From assembly GCA_965208615.1 (NCBI GenBank), contig CBDBPB010000009.1, positions 32,001-96,000 of the forward strand: a stretch of 64,000 nucleotides of DNA. Direction: 5' to 3'. This document shows positions 40,798-50,342 of this stretch, piece by piece. How positions within the stretch are numbered: the stretch's first letter is position 1; each line of letters begins with the position of its first letter. Origin of the DNA: Spirochaetota bacterium (lineage in GTDB: Bacteria > Spirochaetota > UBA6919 > CBDBPB01). The translations under genes and the position numbers were made by a program. The notes below the pieces were generated by a model. That model did no database searches. It was given only the letters and a program-made list of their open reading frames with translations, and was not told the DNA's origin.

Positions 40798-41078
40798 ATA
40801 AACATCCTAATACTTAAATATAGCAGTCTATTAATAACTGTCTTAACAGTATAAATATAATATATACAATAAAATTATTGACAAAATAGGTTTTTGTATT
40901 AGCTTAAAAAAAGTTAAAATATTAAAATATTTTGTCAAAATTATATTATTAAGTAGTATTTATCTTTATAAAAACTATTTCTTTTAAAATATACTATTTA
41001 TATTAAAGAAGTTATATAGTCATATTTTTAAATAACGTTAATCATTAATTAATAATAAATATTTTGAGGATAACTAAA

Positions 41079-42146
41079 ATGAATACAGAAAAAGAAAAAG
41101 CCCTAAATGCAACAGTAAATCAACTAGAAAAGCAATATGGCAAAGGGACTATAATGAGACTCGGGTCTAAAGAAAAAGTTTTACTTCCCTTCATACCAAC
41201 TGGTGCTATCACACTAGATATTGCCCTTGGTATTGGCGGAGTTCCAAGGGGACGAATTGTTGAAATATATGGTCCTGAGTCTTCAGGAAAAACAACTTTA
41301 ACTCTACAAATATGTGCTAATGCCCAAAAGCTTGGGGGAATAGTCGGCTTTATCGATGCTGAACACGCCCTCGACCCTGTATATGCTGAAAAACTCGGTG
41401 TAGACGTCAATAACCTTTATATTGCCCAACCAGACTATGGAGAACAAGCTCTAGAAATATTAGAAGCCCTTGTAAGAAGTACAAGCGTAGACCTAATTGT
41501 GATTGATAGTGTTGCAGCATTAGTACCAAAAGCTGAAATCGACGGTAATATGGGTGACAGCCATATGGGACTACAAGCTAGACTAATGTCTCAAGCCCTT
41601 AGAAAACTAACCGGTATAATAAACCGTACACAAACCTGCGTTATATTTATTAACCAAATAAGAATGAAAATCGGTATAAGCTTTGGATCACCAGAAACTA
41701 CTACTGGTGGAAATGCTTTAAAATTTTACTCATCCGTTAGACTCGACATTAGAAGAATTGAAAGCCTTAAAAAAGGGGATGAGGTATTAGGTAACCATGT
41801 TAGAGTAAAAGTAGTAAAAAATAAAGTAGCTCCACCTTTTAAGACATCCGAGTTTGATATAATGTTTGCTAAAGGAATATCATCAGAAGGTTGCCTTTTG
41901 GATGCGGCTGTAGAAGCAGAAATAATCCAAAAAAGTGGAACATGGTATTCATACGGCGATGAAAGAATAGGACAGGGTAAAGATAACGTTAAAACCTTCC
42001 TAAGAGAAAATCCAAACAAATTAAAAGCAATAGAAAAAGCTATTAGAAAATACTTTGACCTTAGAGAACCTATGCCCATTAACTCAAACAATAAAGAAAT
42101 CGGATTAAATAAAAAATCACCAGGAAAAACAAAAAAAAGAAGTTAA
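41079..42146 (+). CDS. recA: Recombinase RecA
   Basis: [36 protein letters not shown]. Confidence 0.99.
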   Translation: MNTEKEKALNATVNQLEKQYGKGTIMRLGSKEKVLLPFIPTGAITLDIALGIGGVPRGRIVEIYGPESSGKTTLTLQICANAQKLGGIVGFIDAEHALDPVYAEKLGVDVNNLYIAQPDYGEQALEILEALVRSTSVDLIVIDSVAALVPKAEIDGNMGDSHMGLQARLMSQALRKLTGIINRTQTCVIFINQIRMKIGISFGSPETTTGGNALKFYSSVRLDIRRIESLKKGDEVLGNHVRVKVVKNKVAPPFKTSEFDIMFAKGISSEGCLLDAAVEAEIIQKSGTWYSYGDERIGQGKDNVKTFLRENPNKLKAIEKAIRKYFDLREPMPINSNNKEIGLNKKSPGKTKKRS

Positions 42147-42167
42147 TCCGTATAGCAAGGAACAGTT

Positions 42168-43196
42168 ATGTCAAAAATAAATGTCGGAATAGTAGGTGCC
42201 GCTGGATATAGCGGTACGGAACTACTAAAACGTCTTATTAATCATCCCAATATAAATATTACAGTAATTACCTCCCAAACTAATCAAGGACTAAAACTAT
42301 CAAAACTTAATCCATATTTTAAAAATAAGCTTGATATTGAGTTTAATGCTTTTAATCCGCAAGAACTTAAAGAAAAGTGTGATGCTATATTCTTTGCAAC
42401 CCCTTCTGGAACAGCTATGAAATTGGCTCATCACTTCTACGACTCATCCATTAAACTAATTGATATAAGTGGTGACTTTAGACTCTTATCCAATGAGGAC
42501 TATGTTAAATGGTATAAAATAGAACATTATGATCCAAAAGCATTAAAAAATTGGGTTTATGGTCTTAGCGAAATCTTTACTAAACAAGTTAAAAATGCTA
42601 AATATCTATCTAATCCAGGATGCTACCCCACTTCCATACTCTTAGGACTACTACCTATACTAAAAATAGACAAGCCAAAACAACCAATTATATGTGATTG
42701 TAAATCGGGTATATCTGGAAAAGGTAAAAAGCTATCCCCAAACTCTTTATACGTTAGCTGTAACGAAAATACAATGGCATATAAAATTACTGGTCACCAA
42801 CATATACCAGAAATTGAAAGAGCAATTCATACCTTTACAAATAAAAAACAAACAATTAGCTTCACCCCACATATAGTACCAATGGATAGAGGTATACTAT
42901 CCACAATATATATAAGTTTATCATCAGCAAGTATAAACGATAAAACAATAAGGGATTACTATAATAAGTTTTACTCAAGTTCGATTTTTGTTAAAGTACT
43001 GCCAGAAGAAGAGCTCCCCCAAACTAAAAATCTCACAATGACCAATGAATGCCATATATCTGTTAAAATGGATGAAAGAACGGGTATATTAAAAATCATA
43101 TCGGCCATAGATAACCTCGTAAAAGGTGCCGCAGGCAGTGCAATACAGAACTTTAATCTTATGTTCTCGCTAAATGAAACTACCAGCCTAATTTAA
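42168..43196 (+). CDS. argC: N-acetyl-gamma-glutamyl-phosphate reductase
   Basis: GAAGYSG, NPGCYPTS, DNLVKGAAG. Confidence 0.96.
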   Translation: MSKINVGIVGAAGYSGTELLKRLINHPNINITVITSQTNQGLKLSKLNPYFKNKLDIEFNAFNPQELKEKCDAIFFATPSGTAMKLAHHFYDSSIKLIDISGDFRLLSNEDYVKWYKIEHYDPKALKNWVYGLSEIFTKQVKNAKYLSNPGCYPTSILLGLLPILKIDKPKQPIICDCKSGISGKGKKLSPNSLYVSCNENTMAYKITGHQHIPEIERAIHTFTNKKQTISFTPHIVPMDRGILSTIYISLSSASINDKTIRDYYNKFYSSSIFVKVLPEEELPQTKNLTMTNECHISVKMDERTGILKIISAIDNLVKGAAGSAIQNFNLMFSLNETTSLI

Positions 43197-43226
43197 TACG
43201 AATATTTTCTTATTGATAATAGAATA

Positions 43227-43892
43227 TTAAGCGGTAGAAAATATATTTTTAAAGGTAATATCAAAGCCGTCAGAAAAATCAATAATCAAGTATCCGCCAG
43301 ACTCAAGATTACCAGGTGAAATAATATTGGTTATACCAAAGAGATCCTTTTTAGGCATTCCCTGCATCTGATCAGATATTAAAATATTTGGCGGATACTT
43401 AAAAATAAACGATCGTATCGCCTTACTCCCAATATGCTCCCCTCTGGCAGTCCTATCAAGCTTGGTATTAATAGGAGGTGTATGACTAAGCAAAATTGTA
43501 TATTTAACATCCTTTACATAATTATAAGCCTCATTCAATAGCTCAGAAAACTCTCTTTCGCTAAACTCACTAGGATTCCTAAATAATGATATTCGTCCAC
43601 CACCAATTCCATATATCCCTAACCCATCAATAATTTTAGCCCTTCCATGAAGAGAAATATCCTTTAACTCAATGTACTCCAAAACAGACTCATTATCCAG
43701 CCTTCCAATAACAGCCATAACATTAGGATTAACTAATCTAAGAGGTCCAATAACTCTTTCTGCCTCAGCCCTGCCTCCATAAACAGTAATACTCCCTGTA
43801 AGGAGAATAAGATCAGCACTAACTAAATCCTCACGCATAGGCTTTATAAGATCGAAACTATTGTGAATATCACCTATAACAACAATTTTCAT
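43227..43892 (-). CDS. Calcineurin-like metallophosphoesterase fold protein with degenerate active site
   Basis: GDIH and SHTPP intact; other metal-ligand motifs altered. Confidence 0.78.
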   Translation of the reverse strand: MKIVVIGDIHNSFDLIKPMREDLVSADLILLTGSITVYGGRAEAERVIGPLRLVNPNVMAVIGRLDNESVLEYIELKDISLHGRAKIIDGLGIYGIGGGRISLFRNPSEFSEREFSELLNEAYNYVKDVKYTILLSHTPPINTKLDRTARGEHIGSKAIRSFIFKYPPNILISDQMQGMPKKDLFGITNIISPGNLESGGYLIIDFSDGFDITFKNIFSTA

Positions 43893-43984
43893 ATATGATA
43901 TACCATACTGAGTGCTACCATTATTATTCTAAAATATCTGTCTTAAAAAAAACACCAGCTTAAATAAATCTATATCCCTGGACA

Positions 43985-45286
43985 TCAAGAAAAAGCAAGA
44001 TTATTATGTGCCTGAACTAACTTATCCCTAATAGAAACCCCATATAAACACGCATACTCACAAGGAGAATCACATTCACTACATTTATCAGCCTTATGCA
44101 GAGAGAGTATATCATTATATTTCAACATAGACTCTTTTTCTTCACCATAATTAGTAAAATACATATTATATCTTAGTATATCCGCTATATTAATTCCTTT
44201 TGGACATGCAGATTCACAATCATAGCAACCAATCTGACATTCTTTATCTAATGAAACCCCATACTGCCTTAATATCTCTCTATCATAATAAGTTAAGGTC
44301 TTACCCGATGCCTTAATATATTGATTAACCTGAGACATATTCTTCATTGTTACAACAAGATTGCTAACGTTAGGATCAGACAATACCCACTTAAAAGCCG
44401 CCTGAGCAAAAGTTCCATGACCCCTTAATTTATTAGGATCAACTCCCTTAGCTCCTTTTAAGGTTTTCATGGCTACAAAAGCAACTCCCTTATCATAGGC
44501 CTTCTTAGCCAATAATTTAATCTTAGGCATATACTTATCAATAGGATAACGATCATAACTATAAGCAGTCATAATTAATTTAAAATGTCCACTATCTATG
44601 GCATAGTCTAGCCCGCCTCCAATAGCCGAAGGATAACTATGGGAAGATACAGCTAAAAATCTCACTTTACCCTGTTTTTTTAAAGTATAAAAGGCCTCAA
44701 GCATATTAGGATCCTTAAGCCTTGAAATCTCCTTATTATTACGCTCACCAAGAGCATGGACAAATAAAAAATCAATATAATCAGTATTAAGCCTATTTAA
44801 GCTGTCCTCAACACCTTTTATATATGTAGGTTTATCAGCAAAGTAGTAGTGTCTAGGGTAACCGCCAACACTACACATCTTAGTAGCAATAATATATTTG
44901 TCCCTATGAATTTTACTAGCTTTAAAAGCCTTGCCAAGCACCCTTTCAGACCTGCCTGAACCATAATCAGGAGCAGTATCAAAATAATTTATCCCTAGCT
45001 CCATAGCCTTAATTACAACTCTTGGATCCTGAATACCTCCAGCACCAAAGGATATGTCAGAGGCCTTAAGACCAGTACTACCTAATGAACGATATACTAT
45101 TTTTCTATGTTTACCAGTACCGTACTTAGCATCCTCAAGGGAATCATCATTTTTAAACTCGGACTTAATAGGACTATTTTGAGAACTACTACTATTACAC
45201 GAAGATATTCCTAATCCAACCAACGAAATTGAAGAAAGCTTTTTTATAAAACCTCTTCTGTTAAAACTTTTATCTTCACTATCCAT
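43985..45286 (-). CDS. Aldo/keto reductase with Tat-like signal and C-terminal Fe-S Cys clusters
   Basis: NRRGFIK; GINYFDTAPDY, IIATK, SLNRLNTDYID; CQIGCYDCESACP and CSECDSPCEYAC. Confidence 0.88.
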   Translation of the reverse strand: MDSEDKSFNRRGFIKKLSSISLVGLGISSCNSSSSQNSPIKSEFKNDDSLEDAKYGTGKHRKIVYRSLGSTGLKASDISFGAGGIQDPRVVIKAMELGINYFDTAPDYGSGRSERVLGKAFKASKIHRDKYIIATKMCSVGGYPRHYYFADKPTYIKGVEDSLNRLNTDYIDFLFVHALGERNNKEISRLKDPNMLEAFYTLKKQGKVRFLAVSSHSYPSAIGGGLDYAIDSGHFKLIMTAYSYDRYPIDKYMPKIKLLAKKAYDKGVAFVAMKTLKGAKGVDPNKLRGHGTFAQAAFKWVLSDPNVSNLVVTMKNMSQVNQYIKASGKTLTYYDREILRQYGVSLDKECQIGCYDCESACPKGINIADILRYNMYFTNYGEEKESMLKYNDILSLHKADKCSECDSPCEYACLYGVSIRDKLVQAHNNLAFS

Positions 45287-45552
45287 AAAAACCTCCAATA
45301 AGATATGTTTATATACTAGCAGTTAATACACCTAAGACCTTTAAGGACATTACTTCTGTGATAAAGTAGTAATACCTTATGATATTAGTATGTATACCAA
45401 AACAAGTGTAAAACTAAATAATACAATCTATTTATGGAGATATCAATGTCGTTATAAATAAATTAGGAAACGTTTTTTATAATCGGATTAAATATAATAT
45501 ATGAAATTATAATCATATAACATTTTTTTATTATTTTTAGTCTAACCATAAA

Positions 45553-45921
45553 TTAACTAGCGACTGATAGCTTATTACTTTTTTCCTTGTTGTAAGAACA
45601 ATCTTTAAAATGGCTAAACTGCGTATCTCTATGAAACCATAAAGCTTCAAAGTTGGTACAATAATAATGTTTGCTCGAAGATATATTAAGAAAAGCACAT
45701 AACTGACAACGCTTCGAAACTTTTAAAAAACTCGATATTTTTTTAATAAAGTCTCCTTCATTCTTAATTCTATCCCCCAAGTCTTTTTTTACACCGTTAA
45801 TAACAATCTTTTTTCTTTTAACTACTATTTTATCACCATCAGATTTATTAGGTGAATTATTTACTGAATCCCTTTGCTTGCCAGCAGGGTGAATTCTTAA
45901 TTTTTTCATAAATATCCTCAT
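45553..45921 (-). CDS. Hypothetical basic protein with Cys-rich C-terminus
   Basis: CQLC..C..C pattern; GAGG precedes internal ATG 45909. Confidence 0.55.
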   Translation of the reverse strand: MRIFMKKLRIHPAGKQRDSVNNSPNKSDGDKIVVKRKKIVINGVKKDLGDRIKNEGDFIKKISSFLKVSKRCQLCAFLNISSSKHYYCTNFEALWFHRDTQFSHFKDCSYNKEKSNKLSVAS

Positions 45922-46232
45922 TTAACAAAATGTGTTGTTGATAATATTTTCACAAGGGGTAATTGACTTATTTTACAAAAAAAAAGGACTTCTTTTGTAG
46001 TTTTTACATAATGTGTTAAACACCTAAACGTCTTATATCAACAGAAAATCTAATCTTTTTATATACAATTTATGCTTAATATTAAAATAGTTAAGGCTAT
46101 ATAGCGGTTATAGAAAAATAGAATAAACTGTATAACGTATTTTCCAACAGTCTATTATAAAGCTTTTCAAGAAAATAATAAAAGTTATTACGAATAAAGC
46201 TAATCTATGTTTAATTAACATCGTTTAATAGG

Positions 46233-47105
46233 CTATAATTGTTTAACATTATAACCTTTTTTTAGTAATAAATTAATAATTCCCTTTCTACCTACTATAT
46301 GTCCGGCACCTACTATTATAAAATAAGTTTTTTTAGTCTTTAAAAACCCTTCTATCTTGTTTACCATATTAGTATTACGTTTATCTATAAGCTTTTCATA
46401 AATCGGAGCTAAAGCCAAGTTTTTGTATATATCATCAAAAAACAGCTTTTTGAAAGCCCTTACATCACCAATGCTCCATCTATACAAAAGTTTATTCATT
46501 TTACCCTTTACCAATGAAAGATCTTTTATAGTATAATATAAAAACTTTTCCTGAAGACTAGGAGAAAAATCATTAAAAAGCTTCATTTGTGTTATACCAT
46601 CTTCCAGACCTAAAATCTCTTTTTTTTCGGAGTTTAACAGTATAAAATATTTCTCTATACCGTAATTAATGCCAAAGCCATCCCTATCCAATTTTTTATA
46701 TGTAATCGTAAAAGCTACAAACCATGGTCTAAACCTATTTAACAATACCATTGATAAGTTTAGGTCTTTGGCTGTTTTTTTAACTAGCTTATACGTTTTT
46801 TTAGAAATATTCTGTTTAAGAGTTGTTCCAAAAGGATATTTAATATATTTCATACTATTAAAATCAAGGTCGTCTTCTGATTTATCTGTTTCCATAACCA
46901 GTACATCAGAACTATTAAATGATTTTAATATTGTGGGATGCAAGGGATAGATTTTTCTTTTGCCAACATGAATAGAGCCTAATATATATGCTCTAGTACT
47001 TTTTGACTTAACCTCCCACAAAAAGGGACGCTTATTAACCCCTTCAACGCTAGATACTAATGTTAAAAAAACAACAATAAATAAGCAATGTTTAACTTTA
47101 TTCAT
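46233..47105 (-). CDS. TraB/GumN family protein
   Basis: FLWEV..YILGSIH, GLE...Q, RN..M, IVGAGH. Confidence 0.92.
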   Translation of the reverse strand: MNKVKHCLFIVVFLTLVSSVEGVNKRPFLWEVKSKSTRAYILGSIHVGKRKIYPLHPTILKSFNSSDVLVMETDKSEDDLDFNSMKYIKYPFGTTLKQNISKKTYKLVKKTAKDLNLSMVLLNRFRPWFVAFTITYKKLDRDGFGINYGIEKYFILLNSEKKEILGLEDGITQMKLFNDFSPSLQEKFLYYTIKDLSLVKGKMNKLLYRWSIGDVRAFKKLFFDDIYKNLALAPIYEKLIDKRNTNMVNKIEGFLKTKKTYFIIVGAGHIVGRKGIINLLLKKGYNVKQL

Positions 47106-47661
47106 ATAAAAAAAGACCCCAATTGCTTATAAGTAAAAACTTTAAAAAAGTATAAGATTAATAAGAAATTAATATATCGGATTCTAAAGTCAATAGAATA
47201 AATAAATATAGATTAAAAATAAAAAAGTCTTTTTTTCTTTCTATTTTTTTTTAAAATTAATATGATAAAGTTTTTATTAAATCTTTTTAACATATAACTA
47301 AAACTATACTTGCCCATTAGATAGCAATTATTAACAACTATAAAACTTTAAACCATAATTACTAACTTTTTAATAATAAAAAAGATAACCCGAGTAACTA
47401 GTTTTTATATAAGATTATTAATAATATAATCTATCTTATTATAAGATAACAAATTATTTTATAATAACTACCCTATTCATAAAAATAATTAAAGCTATAT
47501 AACCCTACATGAGGCCTGGATTGCTATAAAAGATAATATAAATATTTAAAAAAAATGCTAAAGTTTTTACTTTTTCTGCCAAGAATATAAAGTTTAGCTA
47601 GATAATTAACGAATATATACTAAGGTTTAAACTAATCTTTAATCAAAAGGATCAGGATAGA

Positions 47662-47707
47662 TGTTCTAACCTTCTGTAGTTAAAACCTACAGAAGAGGGT
47701 TAGAGCA
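47662..47707. other. Long bulged hairpin downstream of the ABC exporter
   Basis: TGTTCTAACC-TTCTGTAG / CTACAGAA-(GAG)-GGTTAGAGCA, 18 bp. Confidence 0.65.
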
Positions 47708-47740
47708 ATGTCTCTTTATAACAGAACGCTAAGGAAAGTT

Positions 47741-49552
47741 TTAATATTGTTGTATCTCATAAAGCTTTTGGTATTCACCATTAGCTTTAACAAGCTTATC
47801 ATGATTACCAAGCTCAATAACTTTAGCATCTTTTAAAACTATAATCTGCTCAGCATGAACAATATTAGAGAATTGATGGGTTATAATAAGAGTAGTTTGG
47901 TTTTTCATAGTAGTAGTAATAGTATTTTGGATCATTTTTTGTGAATAGCTGTCTAGTGATTTAGTTGCCTCATCCAATATCAAGAGTTCTGGTTTTCTAA
48001 TAATAGCCCTTGCCAAAGATATTCTCTGTTTTTCACCTCCGGATAAATTAATCCCCCCTTCTCCTATTATAGTATTAAATCCATTTGGAAAAGCCATGAT
48101 AAAATCGTAAGCATTAGCCAATTTAGCAGATTCAACTACATCTATATTTTTAGCATCGGGTTTGGCATATAATATATTATCCTTTATAGAAGCATGAAAA
48201 AGAAAATCTTCTTGAGGTACAATACTAATCCGTTTTCTTAGGCTAACAGGATCAAAGTCATTAATATTAATATCATCAAAATATATATTCCCCTTATTAG
48301 CACAGTACAAAAGGGTTAGAAGGCTAGTAATTGAGCTTTTTCCTACTCCGCTTTCCCCAACTATGGCTGTATGTCTACCTTTGGGAATCTTAATGGATAT
48401 ATTATTTAAAACTAAAGGTCCGCCATTAAAAGCAAAACTAACGTTATCGAAATAGATCCCATTTTTAATGGATTTAAACGTATACTTAGCAATAATACTT
48501 GGTTTTTTATTATAGTCAGCATCAACCAAAAAGTCAAGTATACGCCTAAGGGCAACCAAAGTCTGCTTAATTAAAATTACTACCCTTGACAACTCCCTAA
48601 TAGGGTTGGATAAAGTAAAAAGTGCCACTATAAATGCAATAAAACGATCTATGGATAACCTATTGTTAATTAGCTCATAGCCTCCCACTGCCAAAATTAT
48701 AATCAAACATATAGCCCCTATAAGCTCAATGGATGGCCTATTTAGTGATTCATAAAATATTAACTTTTTTTCTTGTTTAAAAAACCTTCTATTCGCAGAA
48801 CTAAACTTATCCCTTTCTTTATCCTCGGATGCAAACATTTTTATCAACTTTAAATTACGCAAAGTTTCACTAATTAGTGATATTAAATAAGAAAAGTCAT
48901 CTCTAATATCGGCTTCTACCCTCTTAACCAGTCCGGATATCTTATGAACCGAGTAAAATAGAATGGGAGCCAATAAAAATACAGTAATAGTAAGCAATAC
49001 ACTCATATATGCCATTGTAAATATTGACCCAATAATTATTAAAGGCTCCTTAATGAGGTTTATTATTTTATCCACAGTAAAGCGTTCTACCACCAAAAGA
49101 TCGGAGTTCATTAAAGACATAGTATTTCGCTTTCGCTCATAGTGGGAATAGCTTATTGGCAGGTCTAATACTCTTTTATAGATGTCATTCCTTAGGGTAA
49201 AAAGGACTTTTTTTCCAAATAATCCCATTAAGTAATTCTGTAAAAACGTGAAAACTACCATAATAATAACTACCATAACCGCTAATACCATTAGCCATAC
49301 AAACTCTTCTTGATAAACCTTTATAAAGCTTTCTAGTTCGTTATCAGAATTACTCACCCTCTGGAATAGGCCTATAATCCTCTTAAATAAATATATTGGG
49401 GCTATGGTAGCAAGAGAGACTAAAATAATAGATAAAACCCCTCCTATAAGTAAAAGCCTATTCTCATATACATAATTACTAAGATTATATGTTTTCAAGT
49501 GCCTATCCCGTAAAAAAGTGTAACTAGCAAATATAAATAAAAAATAGTTCAT
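47741..49552 (-). CDS. MsbA-like ABC exporter (TMD+NBD)
   Basis: Multi-TM N-terminal half; GESGVGKS, LSGGEKQR, ILDEAT. Confidence 0.9.
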   Translation of the reverse strand: MNYFLFIFASYTFLRDRHLKTYNLSNYVYENRLLLIGGVLSIILVSLATIAPIYLFKRIIGLFQRVSNSDNELESFIKVYQEEFVWLMVLAVMVVIIMVVFTFLQNYLMGLFGKKVLFTLRNDIYKRVLDLPISYSHYERKRNTMSLMNSDLLVVERFTVDKIINLIKEPLIIIGSIFTMAYMSVLLTITVFLLAPILFYSVHKISGLVKRVEADIRDDFSYLISLISETLRNLKLIKMFASEDKERDKFSSANRRFFKQEKKLIFYESLNRPSIELIGAICLIIILAVGGYELINNRLSIDRFIAFIVALFTLSNPIRELSRVVILIKQTLVALRRILDFLVDADYNKKPSIIAKYTFKSIKNGIYFDNVSFAFNGGPLVLNNISIKIPKGRHTAIVGESGVGKSSITSLLTLLYCANKGNIYFDDININDFDPVSLRKRISIVPQEDFLFHASIKDNILYAKPDAKNIDVVESAKLANAYDFIMAFPNGFNTIIGEGGINLSGGEKQRISLARAIIRKPELLILDEATKSLDSYSQKMIQNTITTTMKNQTTLIITHQFSNIVHAEQIIVLKDAKVIELGNHDKLVKANGEYQKLYEIQQY

Positions 49553-49621
49553 TTTTATATAAAAAAAAGTATCTTTTCATAATGGATAACCTATCCGCCT
49601 AACTTCTATAAAGGGGATTAT

Positions 49622-49975
49622 ATGATAAGATGTTTAATCATTATACTAATACTAATGGGTGCGGGAGCTTTTATTATCTATAGATTTAGCCTGAGAAGGC
49701 TTATTACAAACAAAAACTGGAAGATGCCTTTAAAACCCTTTACCCCAGAAGAAAAAGAAAGTATAGTTATAAAAATCGCAAAAGAAAAACAAGGACGAAT
49801 TACTCCCATTGACGTCGCCGAAAAAGGACGTATATCAATAGATGATGCAGAAAAAATCCTTAAAAACCTCAACAATAAAGGATATGTGGATATAAAAGTC
49901 GACGATAATGGACGAGTATATTATGAATTTACTGACTATCTGCCCAATAACAACTGGGATAACAATACTAACTAG
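49622..49975 (+). CDS. Small membrane-anchored protein with winged-helix-like domain
   Basis: N-terminal TM; GRITPIDVA..ISIDDAEKILKNL..G..YYEF. Confidence 0.72.
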   Translation: MIRCLIIILILMGAGAFIIYRFSLRRLITNKNWKMPLKPFTPEEKESIVIKIAKEKQGRITPIDVAEKGRISIDDAEKILKNLNNKGYVDIKVDDNGRVYYEFTDYLPNNNWDNNTN

Positions 49976-50075
49976 CACAAGTAATACAAAATATATTAAT
50001 ACCTATTATTTTAATAATCCAAAGTTAATTTTATGCCAAACAACGCCGACCACTTTAGTCATCAAGGAGGATAAA

Positions 50076-50213
50076 ATGGAAAAAAACTCTGATGACTACA
50101 ACCACAACCTAAAAACCCATAAGCCTGATAACGAAATCGATAGAATAATTAAAAATATAGAAGTCGTTGAAAACTTTACCTTTTATGACGACATGGAACT
50201 AATAGACAGCTAA
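50076..50213 (+). CDS. Small acidic protein, 45 aa (probable real start of track ORF 49908-50213)
   Basis: Perfect SD AAGGAGG 5 nt before ATG 50076. Confidence 0.62.
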   Translation: MEKNSDDYNHNLKTHKPDNEIDRIIKNIEVVENFTFYDDMELIDS

Positions 50214-50296
50214 TAATTTTAATAAAATAAGTATGACTAAAATAAACTTAAGAATAAGTCCTATATAAAGTTATAGTATTCCCTGATCCGAGAAGT

Positions 50297-50323
50297 GCAA
50301 AATGGCAAAATTTGTCATTTTGC
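50297..50323. repeat. Dispersed palindrome, copy 2 (GCAAAATGGCAAA-A-TTTGTCATTTTGC)
   Basis: 13-bp arms with one mismatch; matches 11898-11920. Confidence 0.7.
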
Positions 50324-50342
50324 CTATATAAAAGTTATTAGT

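Noticed and set aside
45348-45374. Small hairpin in the AKR leader
   Set aside because: Short, AT-rich and mismatched; matches no riboswitch I recognise.
45922-46232. Degenerate DnaA-box-like sequences (also 9400-9560)
   Set aside because: Only mismatched boxes in AT-rich DNA, no dnaA/dnaN and no skew inversion.
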